A stretch of 64,000 nucleotides of DNA from Lobosporangium transversale (lineage: Eukaryota): NCBI RefSeq assembly GCF_002105155.1, contig NW_019028981.1, forward strand, positions 992,001 through 1,056,000. The letters are read 5' to 3'. Shown one piece after another: positions 40,592-53,319 of the stretch (position 1 is the first letter of the stretch; every line of letters starts with the position of its first letter). The notes below the pieces were generated by a model. That model had not been told where the DNA came from. It ran no database searches and saw only the letters and a list, made by a program, of their open reading frames with translations. The translations under genes and the position numbers were made by a program.

Positions 40592-40912
40592 AGTGGGTCT
40601 TTTTTTTTGTTGGAATGGATTGAGTCTGATCTGTCCTTATGAACAAAGGAAGCTGATTTTGATGAATGAATAAAGCGTCCTTTCTATCTCCTACATACAG
40701 GACACTAATGGCTAAAATTACATCATCAAAATAGCGTCTACATCCTGTTTCTTTATTCTGTTTACTATTGGCTGGGGGAAATAACGATCGACCATGCACG
40801 CGAAGCTGTTTGCCCCGAGGCAACTACCCATCCAGAGGCCAAGCTTTATTATCATTATGAGTAGAGGCTTGGATATGTCATTATTATAATATATTAGTAT
40901 CTCTAATTTTAT

Positions 40913-43198
40913 TCAAATCTCAAAGGCTGTGGCAATAGCTCTTTGGATACCAGAGGACAAGTGTCCGTAGAACGAATGAATTTGCGCTTGAACATTATAA
41001 ACTCGAGATTTGCTCGAGAGAAACTTCGCCCCTTTTGCGTTTGCGCTTACATCTCCGTTTCCTCCCAAGGATGATGCCGATACTGATACTGAGGCAGGTG
41101 AAAGTGCAGTCGTTGTTGAGCATTTGGAAGCCGCAGAAGCAGTTGTAAATGTGGTAGTCGCTGTGGCTGTCGACCGAGTACAGTAACATGTTTGAAATGA
41201 TGGTAGTAAAGCGGGGCGAAGGGCTTTTTTATGGTTAGATTGTGTTTGGAATGAAGAGGATAACAGCGATGGCTTTGATATTGATTCGGGTATAATCTGG
41301 TATTCCAGAGATGGTAACGTTACAGATGTGCTAGTTATGGTACAGTTAGATGATCTGGCTGACTTGAGAGTAATAGACTTCTCCTTAGATAAAAGATGTT
41401 GTAATGGGTATCGCTGTTCAGGTGAAAACCTTGGCAGAGAGGTTATGATGTTCCTCCCGGCCTGCTCTCCTTCGTTTTCTTCTTCTGCTTCCACTTCCTC
41501 TACTTTAACAATACTACTCTCCCTCTCATTGCCTATGGCTAACTCATCCAGTTTCCTAAACACAGACTTTTTAGTCCTTTTCAACGCTGACGTCGACATC
41601 TTTTCATGATTAGCTAATCGCCTCGTCGCTATCGTCATATCATTGTCTATTAAAAAAACTCGTTCTTCTTGATCTGTAAGATGCCGATGGTGGTTCCGCT
41701 GGATAGGCCGATACTGATGAGTTATTCCTACAGAGAAATGACTTAATGAGTGTAGGGCAGCTGAATTAATGGTAGAATTTAGAGAGGGTTGATAAATAGG
41801 ACTCAATTCTGGATCTTCTCCATTGGATTTGGAAGCACTATGGTGGTAAAGCCTTGTATCTTTTAAATTTTTGTTGTTGATGGTGGGGATCGAGTTGTTT
41901 GAACCATGTTGTGTAGCCGAATGTTTCTCCGTCTTGAAAAGGCTTGAAAGTAGACTCTGTCTCCGTGGCATCTCAGATGTAGGTATATGCCTCAGCGACG
42001 GCGGTGTAGTCGTCTCTACCATGTTACAGGTACTTGCGCCTTGGTGACTATAACCTGGGTTTTTAAATTCACCCATATCACATCTATCAAGGCAGCCGTC
42101 CATTGACTGTCTGAGAGATATCGCTGCAGGAGGTGATTGAGAAGCTCTCGGGGATAAAGTAAGAGTCTCAAACTCATCCTCTAACTCCTCTTCGCTATCG
42201 TCATCGCATACAAAGAACTTTGGCTTTGAATCTGATCGTGCTGCCATCAAAGGCCCAGTGAAGAAGGCTGTAGATTGGTTTGGTACCTCTGCCTTTTGTG
42301 GTAAGGATAATGCATTGGTTACAGCTGTTTGCCCGTTATCGAAATTATAATATGACTTGAGGCGGGATTCAGCCATCACAGCCGTATTATTCGTCACCGA
42401 ATCCAGCAATCTACTAAAACTTGTCTTTGGTCGCTGTGCCAACAACCCTCTTTGTCCACTGACATGCCGTACAGTCTGCAAAGAGGACGAGATGATAGAG
42501 GAGGATGACAGGTACTGTGGAGGTGTTTTAAAGTTTTGGGAAGATGATGGATGCGAAAATATGGGAGGAAATGTTGTTGCAACAGGCATTTCAGAACTAG
42601 GATCACGACATGGGCTGCGATATCTTTGTTGTCGTTGCTGCTGCAAGGATAAAGAAGAGGGGAGTGAAAGTGAAGAGGAAAGAGAGAGAGGTGAAGTAAC
42701 GGAAATAGTCCCCGTCGGCGAAACATGAGCAAAAAGTTGAGGCTGTCGAGGGTCAATTGAAGAAGAGGGAGAAGTGTTGGATGAGAGCGTTGTTATTGTG
42801 CGGAGTATGCTTGATAACGCTTTTGTGCCTTGTTCTTGCTCCTGTACAATAATAGTCCTATCGGATCTCATTGGTGGCTCACGGGCCAAGTGCGAGCCCG
42901 CATTTGGCCTAGCATCCTTTCGAATTCCTTCTCGGCTATCCTTGTTCAGCATAGCCTCGCTTTCTTTGCTTTCTTTGCCTTCTACTACATCCACTTCCGT
43001 GCCCACTACGTCTTCAGTCAAACTTTTGTCGATATTATCTCTCATTGGTCCATGTGCAAACCCGTCAATGTACACACAGGTGCGGGGTCCAAAAGTATTA
43101 TGCGGAGTATTGCTCATCTCTGCTAGATTAGAGGCAAAGCCAAGAATAACACCCGCTGGTAAGAATGTCGTTGTACTATGAGATGCAGCAGACATCAT
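40913..43198 (-). CDS. Hypothetical intronless Ser/Thr-rich protein, about 761 aa
   Basis: 2.3-kb uninterrupted ORF in AT-rich DNA, first ATG at 43198. Mostly low complexity, with islands KPKFFVCDDDSEEE and PRRQSLLSSLF. Confidence 0.7.
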   Translation of the reverse strand: MMSAASHSTTTFLPAGVILGFASNLAEMSNTPHNTFGPRTCVYIDGFAHGPMRDNIDKSLTEDVVGTEVDVVEGKESKESEAMLNKDSREGIRKDARPNAGSHLAREPPMRSDRTIIVQEQEQGTKALSSILRTITTLSSNTSPSSSIDPRQPQLFAHVSPTGTISVTSPLSLSSSLSLPSSLSLQQQRQQRYRSPCRDPSSEMPVATTFPPIFSHPSSSQNFKTPPQYLSSSSIISSSLQTVRHVSGQRGLLAQRPKTSFSRLLDSVTNNTAVMAESRLKSYYNFDNGQTAVTNALSLPQKAEVPNQSTAFFTGPLMAARSDSKPKFFVCDDDSEEELEDEFETLTLSPRASQSPPAAISLRQSMDGCLDRCDMGEFKNPGYSHQGASTCNMVETTTPPSLRHIPTSEMPRRQSLLSSLFKTEKHSATQHGSNNSIPTINNKNLKDTRLYHHSASKSNGEDPELSPIYQPSLNSTINSAALHSLSHFSVGITHQYRPIQRNHHRHLTDQEERVFLIDNDMTIATRRLANHEKMSTSALKRTKKSVFRKLDELAIGNERESSIVKVEEVEAEEENEGEQAGRNIITSLPRFSPEQRYPLQHLLSKEKSITLKSARSSNCTITSTSVTLPSLEYQIIPESISKPSLLSSSFQTQSNHKKALRPALLPSFQTCYCTRSTATATTTFTTASAASKCSTTTALSPASVSVSASSLGGNGDVSANAKGAKFLSSKSRVYNVQAQIHSFYGHLSSGIQRAIATAFEI

Positions 43199-45985
43199 GT
43201 GGCTCAGCACCTTTGTCAGCCCCGATCGTATTCGTGCTCACCAAAAGGTAGCTCTCGATATCAGAGGTACCACTACCAGAATATATTCAAAGTACTCTAC
43301 TGCTGTTACGGTGAAGGATCGAAAAGTTTTGAATTTGATGTTCTCATAGCTTGAAATAATATTAAAAAAAGAACAATTTACCGAGGAGGAAAAGCAGCAA
43401 GTTAATGCATGAAAGTTTTCTGCTATTGGACTAAGCTAAGGCATAGTTGACAGAAAGAATAGCGCAGCCCAATGCACCATTGTTTACAACAAGGCGTGTG
43501 CGCCATTTGTACGAGCGCAAAATGAAATCTTATTTATCATCATAATCCCAACCACCAAACACATGGATCTACACACAGACAATCAACTGCACTGTAGAAG
43601 GAAGAGGTTGCAAATCTTAAGACAAAGAACTTCCTTCAAAGAAAAAAATCAGGGATGTTGAATGGACAGATGAAAGAAAAAGCCTGAGAACGTCAATATA
43701 TTATGGGCTTCGCAGAGAGAAAAAAAAGCAACGCACATGTTCTTCCCATTGAAGCAGTGATTTTTAAATTGCTCAGCATGGATGGCCATTGTGACACACA
43801 GAACGCGGAAATGAAAAACTTGCATAAACACATGCCATCAAAATGCTCCTCCTTTACGTTTCCCTCTCTACAGAAAGTATGATAACGAAAGTATGGATAG
43901 CGGTAGGAAACTCACACTTCTTTCTTCTATCAGGCTGAGAGTGAAAGGCGTGAATTGAAATTTGCAGAATGAGGGCAATGAAGAGGCGATGGTGGTGTAG
44001 AAGATGTTTGCCTGAAAAAATACATTGCATTTGAGAGAGTTTTTTAGCCAAAGAAAAGAATAAGTGTTTGATAAGAAATAGATAAATCTACGCTTTTTTT
44101 TCTAAAAAAAAAAAAGAAAAAAGAAAAAGAAATGACAACATTTGGATATTCCCCTCAATTCATTGAGCTGGTTGACATGTGGAAATATATGGCGCATAGA
44201 GGGGGAAAATGATGGATTGCACTTTGTCCGAATAGTGTGCCTAGAGGTTTTTTTACTGTGCTTTTATTTAGCTTGATGATAGTGATGGATGATTAGAGTG
44301 ACGTTGATGATAAAGACACAAAACAAATCGTCAATGGCGAGTGTCAATGATGCGTTTATCCATTCAGTGTAAGCAGTGAACAGCGAGTGAACATGTTGTT
44401 GACAGAAGTAAAAATAATAAAGCACTAAGTGCGTTGCCTTTGCGTTGTGCGTGTTTGTGTGATTAAAAACAATAAAATGTTTGTGATGAGCAATGGGACA
44501 ATGGCGTGCGTGATATTTATACTCTGATTGTCTTTTTTTTTTTTTTTTTTTTTTTTTCCACGTTGGGTTTGATTAGCATGCTGCTTTCCAGTTTTGGAGT
44601 CTTCTGCTCTCTCTCCCGCAAAGTTGAACAACCAATTTTAATTAAAAAAAAGTACTTTGGAAAGAAGGTAAAAGGAGAGAAGAAAATGGAAGAAGAAAGG
44701 GAGAGAAATAAAGAAGCGGCAATCGCTTTCATACCTCAATTTTGTTGTTATAGATGATAAAACTGGGGTTACGAAAGCAGTGATGGATTGAAATATTCGA
44801 AAGTCTGTAAAGGAGAAATAGCGGCTTTTGGCGTCGTTGAAGTGATTGGTCAATGACAAGATTGAGGGAAGGAAAAAGATAGAAGAAGAGATGGAGGAGA
44901 AAAATGAACGAACCATGAAATGGGTCATGGCTCGAGCAGTAGCAGATAGTGTGGCTGATGAATGGAGTAAGGACGACTTTGCCACCATCTCTTCTCTTTT
45001 TCTTCTACCTATTGACTCGAAAGCCAATGTTAATGCCATCATTTTCAGCATTGTTATCTACTACTTATTGCTGGTCCTCTAAAAAATTAGATACGACTAT
45101 TGTGTTATTCAACAGATTATTGATGAAACTACTATGGGTGCTTCACATCCCTTTCCGGATCCTTGTACTGACATTGGCAAGACTTGATGTTGAGATTTGG
45201 TGGGATAAAGTTCATTCTTGACCCTTCTTCAAGTAGGCTGATACATGCGTAAATAGGAAGAATACCAACTCAACCAATCACTTCTACCAACACTTGATCT
45301 ACTCATATATAGACTGTTGGACACCAACAATACTAACAATACTACTGTAGAAAATGAATTTGAAGTTACAATTACGAATGGTTGTCTCAAATGATAAACC
45401 AACGTGGATGATAACCATCGTAGTATCGAGAAAATGATTCTTGATGTTTACACTCGTAATCGAGAAATGTTGTCGTATATACAAACTTATTTTAAAGAGC
45501 TTAATAAATAATCAACATTTCGTATCAGCACCTTCAATCGACAATCACAAAGGCAACGGTTGACCATGTCTATTGGTGACTACGGAAAGATGTGTTGCCC
45601 TATTGCTGCCAGGCGGCTCCACTTTCCTGAAAGGGCGATGGTTCAAACATGTTGAGTGCGTCCCATTTACTCTTGTTGATATCTCATGCAACAGTGTGTA
45701 CATGAATGTTTTCTCTTTAGTCAAATGGGCATATACACTGCCATATGAAGCAAAGGACTGTTCAGGCACAGGCACAGTTGATGTTGATCACCATTGACAT
45801 TGTCAAATAGATCGTCGATTGATACCCTTTGGAATATAAAATAGACCTAATCACACCCTTTTTAGCTCGCCCTGTCACACCCTGGTGTGTGCCTGAAGGG
45901 CAACATCAATAAATACCGCCCTTTTTCAAAAATCTCTTCAGCCTGTAGTATCTTTCTTCCATGTTTCGTGTTTTTTAACCCATAG

Positions 45986-46832
45986 CGACAGAGTGCTCTA
46001 TAGATTCGTTTTCTACAGTTGCATGGGATGGCTCAGCTATGCCTGAGGGCTCCACGATAGATACCATACTTTTACAACACACTGAAAAGAGCTCTGTCCT
46101 GCTTCGCCGCTATGTCCCGAGTCACCTGGGATCGATCCGGTTCAATCTTGGCCCTCAAATTGCTCCTGGAAGGTACTCACTGCTGCTAACAGCCTACAAA
46201 GGCCGTATATCTACGGTTGTGGGATGCTCTCTAGTACTCACTCTATGCGTAGTGGATGAACAGCAGGACCAGAAAGTAGTGTCGACGGGGGAAGCGAAGG
46301 GAATTTTGAATGAACCTTGTTTCTTAACACCCATTCTAAAGAGTCTAAAATCATGCATGGATCAAAGGATGCTAAGAGCAGAGATCAGTTCCATTTCGCA
46401 AGGGAATCAAACGAGGCAATGCTGGTCAAGAAGTCGCTCAGACTCGATTATGAATCCGGCGGCCATTCCATGGTGCTGATGGCGCCTTATATGGTTGGTT
46501 GGACTATTCCACCAGAGCTCAGGAGCGCTCTCCACACACGCGTCAACATTCTATTGGTTACGAACAAAAGAGACGTCAATTATAATGGTAGACAAGGTGA
46601 CAATGGCAGTAGTAATAAGGATAATTCACTCAAGGCTGAGATCGTGCGCATCTTGGCAGCCAACCTGGATGCAAGAGCCAGGCCCCACTTTGTGTTCTCA
46701 CCCAAGGATCTTTCTAGAGGCAAAAATTATATCTATCATATCCAAATTGAGATGTATGGAGGTGGAAAAAAGTTTATTGGTCATACACATCGCTTCACGA
46801 CACAGCTGCGAGCGTTTGCAATGGATCCTTGA
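45986..46832 (+). pseudogene. Disrupted or unusually spliced gene with two beta-rich segments, loosely resembling fungal Kre9/GPI-type Ig-like domains
   Basis: Protein-like VAWDGSAMPEGSTIDTILL...PGRYSLLLTAY, then in a different frame YMVGWTIPPEL...RVNILLV...YHIQIEMY...HTHRF. There is an upstream in-frame stop, and I found no clean intron linking the frames. Confidence 0.35.
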
Positions 46833-47372
46833 GCTGAGAGCAATGAACCAAGAATACCTTTATTGTAAAATATATTTTATGTATACTATGATTTATCAGT
46901 TGGCATCCTTCATTGTGTTTCCCATTTCAACAGACACAGTTATACTAAAACTTGTAGAAAATAATAATGATAAATTAAAAGTGGTCAGTTCTCCAGAGAT
47001 TTGGTTTCAATACAAACCGATACAAATGGAAGAAGCTCACTCTTCTCATTCCACATTCTTGGTGGCACACCGTCAACCATGTGCCTGGTGTCTGCCTCTT
47101 ATTGCGACTTGGGCTGCCTACCAAAACACGATTTTTCTTTTTTTCTTTTTCCTTTGTAGAGGAATTTCCGGTCAGGATTCAGGAACAAAAGCTATGAAGA
47201 CGCTGATGGATACAAAGCAAATTCCAATAGTAATATGCCTGCTAGTCTCGATCAGATCCTCTCCAATTACAACTGCAAGTGCTTATAGTACTCCAGTTGC
47301 CGTTACTGCTATAATGCTTTGTAGCGAACACATCCATGCAGAACATAAGGAAATGCGACATGGAAAGGGGGC

Positions 47373-48173
47373 GTGTCGGATGGCTATGGGGAATTGGGGC
47401 ATGAAGAAAGCAGTGAGCTTGCAGTGACATGGAGAATGACATGCTACTTCACACCGCAGCATTGCCTATTCAACGAGAAAGCCGAATTGGAAACCCAAGG
47501 CGACAAACACAGGAACAGTTACAAAGAGATAATGGAGCATCATGATAGGAAACCGATCAATTTTGACCATAGCCACCATCAATATCGAAATCGAAAACAA
47601 AAAGAACTCAATCATTCTTACTGGTATGCGCCAACAACCAAAGAGGCTTTCCGCAGAAAGGGCAAGATATATGTCTTGCATCAAGATTGGTATAGGGGTT
47701 ATCGCCGGCGCCGTGGACCTTATTCTGTGGTGCGTGGGTTAACCCTGAGGAATCCGCATAGGAAAAAGCCAGTGGCTAAAATACCCTTAGCAGATGATGG
47801 CAACGTTGAAGAAGACATCAAGGACGAGGATAGTAACGACGGTGAGGGCGACTATGAAGGCAATAGCCGTGGCAACAATATTAAAGGCAACAGTAATAAC
47901 GATATTAATAATATTAGCAGCAATGGTAGCGATATCAACAACAGTAGTAACAACCACAGCAAGAAGAGCTCAAAAGATAAAGGTATTCAATCTCTGGAGC
48001 CAGAGCAAAGAGCCTCATCGAAGCCGAGCAATATCCGACACACAGGACTTATACCCAAGGCGCGATCGGAGGCAGCACAGGGGCAGGGCCGGTCGAACTA
48101 CTGGAGCAAGGTCTGGATGCGTAGTCTTGTTTTGATCGTGGCACTAACCGTGACAAGGATGAAAGTGCCGTAA
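47373..48173 (+). CDS. Hypothetical protein (basic/aromatic block followed by an acidic Asn-rich tract)
   Basis: 800-nt open frame with protein-like composition. No recognisable domain, and the start is uncertain. Confidence 0.35.
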   Translation: MSDGYGELGHEESSELAVTWRMTCYFTPQHCLFNEKAELETQGDKHRNSYKEIMEHHDRKPINFDHSHHQYRNRKQKELNHSYWYAPTTKEAFRRKGKIYVLHQDWYRGYRRRRGPYSVVRGLTLRNPHRKKPVAKIPLADDGNVEEDIKDEDSNDGEGDYEGNSRGNNIKGNSNNDINNISSNGSDINNSSNNHSKKSSKDKGIQSLEPEQRASSKPSNIRHTGLIPKARSEAAQGQGRSNYWSKVWMRSLVLIVALTVTRMKVP

Positions 48174-49003
48174 ATAATCTCCAAATCAATAGACTCAGTA
48201 CACGTACAATTTGGCATAAGACATGCGATCGGTATTCTCTACGGTGATCGTCATGTGTCACAAAAAGCTGTTTTTATTTTATTTTTTTTCCTCATTGCTT
48301 CGTTCTCATCCTTTCGTCCATTTATTGATCCCTTTGTTGATTCTAACTGCAACTGTTTGCAATTTGACTTGAATACACTGGTATGTTTTATAATTATACT
48401 CACTTTGAGGATAACTCTGTATTCTACCTCAGACCTATCAACCTGTTAATAAGGTTCTCTACGTTGGAGGCAGTTCTACACGAAATACCTCATACCATAT
48501 GAACTGCTTTCGCATACAAATTGCAACATATCAACGTCAGTCTTTCTCACTGTATGCCACATAAAGCATCTCTGACGTTCGCGAGCTGAGGAAGTTTCGG
48601 CTTGAGGATGGCACATCTTTGGATCTTTGAACGGTCAAGACACGTCAGTCTATATCCTGTAGCTGCGTTATTACTTCCATTTTTTCCTTTATTTGAACGC
48701 TCGACTTTTGTCCATCTGTATACTTCAAGTTTATCGGCGGTTAATGATGAAGCTAATGGAGCTGTTAAATCTTTTGCCAATCCGCACTTTATAATCAACT
48801 TGAACCTTCGACCACACCTCCACATCTGATTCCATTATGAGATATTTATTTTGTCTGATGCGTGCGGAAGATCTTTTTCATGGAGTTAATATGATTGCAA
48901 TGCTGGTACAACCACATCAAAGATGATGAAGCGAACCTAATAATATTTGCATTACACTTATATAATTTCATTTAGTTCATCACATTTGTTGCAATACCAC
49001 AAC

Positions 49004-49973
49004 ATGTCTGCAGAAGATAAGAAAGTATCCGTCGCGGCTGATGATCTTGAGAGAGATATTGGCGACGAGGTAAATAAAATACTTTCTGTTCTTTTGCACA
49101 GAATAATGAGGGATTAATGTTTTGGTCTACATGAAAGTTTGTAATAAAATAAACTTATTCCATCTGCCATGTTTACCAATTCTTTGATTCTTTGCCTGGA
49201 TCATTTTGCAGGAAATTGAGGCTATGAAACAGCGCGTCAAAGAAATGGAGGCTGAAGCTGCCAAACTTCGAGAGATGCAGGCACAGGCCGAGAAGGAAAT
49301 GAACATGGTTGAAGAAGGTAATGACTGATGAACTTATAGCAACCATCTGTCTAGTGTTTAATATTTTAATATATCTGGAAGTATTGCTGATTTGGACAGC
49401 CGTCTGTTTCCGTATGTGAATGTAGACAAGGAGACTGTTGATTCCAGATCAGTGTATGTTGGAAATGTCGACTGGGGCTCGACACCAGAGGAGCTTCAGA
49501 GCCATTTCCAGTCATGTGGAACCATTAATCGCATCACAATTCTGTGTGACAAGTGGACAGGACATCCAAAGGGCTATGCCTACGTGGAATTTGCTGATCC
49601 CTCATCTGTCGCAAACGCCATGGTCTTGAACGAGTCTTTATTCCGCAGCCGTTTGATTAAGGTTACTCCCAAGCGTACCAATGTTCCTGGAATGGCTGCC
49701 CGTGGTCGTGGTCGTGGTCGTGGTGCATATCGTGGTGGGTTTGCAGGACATGGAGCATACGGTGGATACGGGCAGACGCCGATGTATGGTGCACCCACAC
49801 CTTATAGCGGTGGATACCGCGGCCGCGGAGGGTAAGCATCAGCAAACGATTTTACGACGAGGAATGAAAGATTGGTATAGTGGATAATACAGAAGTCTAA
49901 CATTGCCTTATTTATCTATACAATTTTCAGACGTGGTCGTGGTACTCGAGGAGGCTACTACGCTCCTTATTAA
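49004..49973 (+). CDS. PABPN1: Nuclear poly(A)-binding protein 2 (PABPN1/Pab2); 4 exons
   Basis: Coiled coil [38 protein letters not shown]...[26 protein letters not shown]...[14 protein letters not shown] tail ending YYAPY*. Confidence 0.93.
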
Positions 49974-50860
49974 GTGGGCAGCCATGAATATGTTTGAACC
50001 TTGGACTGGACATTTGGATTATTGCTTAGATTCCAAGGAGCAGGACAAATGCCAGGACTCATGAGAATATTAACGAAGGATATTATGGATATCGTTTAAG
50101 CAAAGAAGACCCTCCTTCTCGGCCTCTCTATCTTTTTTTTTTTTTTTTTTTTTTGAAATATTTGTAATTTTTTTCTTTAACCATGTGCATTTAGGAGAAC
50201 CGATGCTCCGATATCAGTTCAAGATAATAAGAGGAGTCGGCGACATGGTATATGGGTGCGGGTAAAATTAAAATAGGGCAATAGGCATAAGAGGAAAAAA
50301 GAAAAAAAGAAAAAAAAAGATACAGCATGATAACTCAAAGCATTAAAGAAAAAAAGAAAGTAACAAAAAAAAACAAAAGAATCAAAGATAAAAAGGCAAT
50401 GCAATGACACAGAATAAGATGAAGAAAAATTACTCATAACGAACAGGATATGAATAGGACAACAGGAGCAAAAAGAAAAAGAAAAAGAAAAGCAAAGAAA
50501 CTAACATTATTTCAAGGAATGAGCCATGGTCGAGGCCTACAACTTTTTCGCGTTTTGCTTCCCTTCTCCTCTTGGTGTTCTATGAATACATTGTGTTATC
50601 AAGGATGGAGAATGACAACTCAAGAAGGTAAGCAAACCACTGGAGCCTTTGTTTGTCCTGGCTGTATACTCCATAGAAAGATATAAAATAAAATATTGTG
50701 ACTGTCTCCAAGGGTAGTACATACGATGAGTTGACTTTCTTGCCTTGTCTTTTGTTTACTCTTTCTCCGGTCTCCTCATACCCTTCTTGTTCCATTGTGG
50801 ACAGTACATTCATTTCCTTTCTACAACCTCTCACACATCCGACTTCCTCAACACTGCACC

Positions 50861-51442
50861 ATGGTAATGATTAATATACATAAGAAAGTGTGATAAAAAA
50901 AAAAGATGGAGCAGGACCCTACACTAGACATAATAAAAAAGAAAAAGAAAAAGATACATTGCAGATCGAGCCTTTTTGGTAAAAGCGAGGCAAAAGCTAT
51001 TGATCAGGACCCCACCCTAGCAGATCAACTATCAACTATTCGTCATGTCAGCTACATTGAATTCTAGAATGGGACTTTGACGGATCATCAACGCGATCTG
51101 TCACGTCTACTTGTGCAATTCTAGAAGAAAAAAATGTGTATATTCTCTAATGTTTTTCGATTGGTCCCATTGTTGTCATTTTTTTATATACAGCTGCGTA
51201 CTATCTCTGCTCGCCTTGCTCCTCGCTCCGCTGCAAGAATCGCACCTCGCGTAGTTGTCAGCAGAGTCGCCAATTATTCGTCTGCTACTGGAGACAAGTT
51301 GGATGCCCCTGGTTCCAGTAAGGATGTCGATCCCAAGATCGTCTCCATCGTTGATCAGATCTCTGGACTGACCCTTCTTCAAACCGCTGATCTGGTTTCA
51401 TTATTGAAGGTAATTATATGTTGGCTCATTCTAGAGGCGCCG

Positions 51443-51474
<32 letters not shown>

Positions 51475-52134
51475 CTCTTTTATCCCTTAGTCGAGTAAGT
51501 TACATGGGATACATGGTATTGATCGATTGGATAAAGGAGCCTAACTCGTTTTTTTTTATTATTATTGTCTGTAGACTCGCTTGAATATCCAGGAGATTGC
51601 CATGCCTGTTGGAGGCGTCTCTCCTGCAGCTGCCCCTGCTGCAGCTGCTCCTGCTGAGGTAAGGTTACGTGCTAGGCTTCTAAATGAAAGTCTTATGGAC
51701 ATGCTTGACCTATTCTAGTCAAATTGTCAGGGGTCATAATTACCTTTTTTTCTTCTTACATTCATGTTTTATAGGAGGAAAAGCCTGCTGAGAAGACCGA
51801 GTTCAACGTCAAGCTTGAGAAGTTTGATGCTGCTGCCAAGGCAAAGTTGATCCGTGAGATCAAGAACATCATCCCTGGCATTAACTTGGTTGAGGTAAAA
51901 AAAAAAAAAAAGCCGATAATGAGATGATTACAGCCATGTGAAGTCAATTGATTTGGTCCGAGATTTAAAGATGGAAAAATGAAATTGATTGATTTCTTTT
52001 TTATATAAATGCAACAGGCCAAGAAGTTTGTTGAGAGCGCACCAAAGGTTGTCAAGGAAGGCTTGCCTAAGGCTGATGCTGAGAAGTTGAAGAAGACTCT
52101 TGAGGATCTGGGTGCCACAGTCTCTTTGGAGTAA
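50861..52134 (+). CDS. MRPL12: Mitochondrial ribosomal protein L7/L12 (bL12m); first coding exon is only the ATG
   Basis: Presequence [71 protein letters not shown]...[18 protein letters not shown]...[11 protein letters not shown]. Confidence 0.92.
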
Positions 52135-52600
52135 ATCAACAGGAAAAGCATCATGTAAATGAGAATCAACGGAGGGTTATGAGCATTCATGGAGATAGAA
52201 GCACTCTTATCACCCAGTATTTACCAGTTTCTCATAGGATCAAACAATAGGTGAAGGCGGAGGATTTGAAACCATAAAGCGGTTTAATACTTGCCAGTAG
52301 GAGAGTATGATTTTTCTTTTATTTTAAACGAATCGCCTCAAATATCAACTGGATCTCATCTTATTTTTTTTTTTTATAAAGCATTTTGTACCGTTGTACC
52401 GTAGTTTTTATTATTATTATTGTTTTCTTTCTTTTCTTTTTTTTTTTCTTCATTGTTTCTTTTATCAAACATAGAACCCTGTCCGGATATTAAATATATA
52501 TATATATATAAAGGAAAGAAAAAAATAGCCATTACATATTAAGTACTGATACTGCCATGAAAATGCGGATAATGATACTTTGATGCAAAGGTTCTTTTCT

Positions 52601-53319
52601 TCAACCCAAGTAGTAGCGTATGTAAATTGCTGCCCATAAGGCGTTAATAGCGGTGGCAGCAAGAACTTTTAAAATGAACGATTTTTCTTCACCCTTGTAC
52701 TTGAATACTATATATGATTGATTGATTTGAATTTAATAAAGGATACTACAACGTTTTTATACACATACAATATGCAAAAAAAAAAAAAAAAAAAAAAAAC
52801 TTACAAAGAATTCCAGCCCAGGCACCAATAACTCCAGAGAGAGCCGTGAAGCGCCAGAGATCGCCATCGTGAATCTTAAGGATACCAATATCCCCTCGAC
52901 TCCTTGCAGAGACCATCACCAAGAAGAAAGTCCAGATGTTGATCACTGTAATCGTTCCGAATGTGAACAAGCTCCAGACTCCAATAGCTCCTGATATATG
53001 TGGATATATTATTATATATTTTAAAAAAAGACTTTGGTTAGTTAAAGTGATCGACTATTTTTTTTTTCTTTTTTTTGTAGAAAACGTTACCTTGATGACC
53101 ACTCTGAACAGCGACAGCTAATCTCCAGATGAAAAACAAGAGGAAGGCGAGGATGAAATAGGCCATGTCCTCGAATGGTTTGCCGTCAGGAGCATCCTTG
53201 ATATATTGTTCTGATTTTTCGAATAGAGAGGACCCTGCAAATGGATTGGAGTTGACTGCTTGTCTGCGCTGTTGTTTTGCAGCCTTACTAGGCTTGAGTG
53301 GTTTTGCTGCTTTGGTCAT
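52601..53319 (-). CDS. Small multi-pass membrane protein, DUF1294-like; 3 exons
   Basis: Spliced ...INIWTFFLVMVSARSRGDIGILKIHDGDLWRFTALSGVIGAWAGILLFKYKGEEKSFILK... parallels the DUF1294 pattern (RI.E..L...GG..GA..G...F.HK..K..F) but is diverged. Confidence 0.6.

Noticed and set aside
49327..49390. Possible intronic C/D snoRNA in PABPN1 (TGATGA...CTGA)
   Set aside because: No terminal stem or recognisable guide, too close to the donor, and CTGAT is equally explained as a branch point.
51134..51193. ORF-track start MCIFSNV for MRPL12
   Set aside because: It lies within the predicted intron; the spliced ATG at 50861 gives a better mitochondrial presequence.
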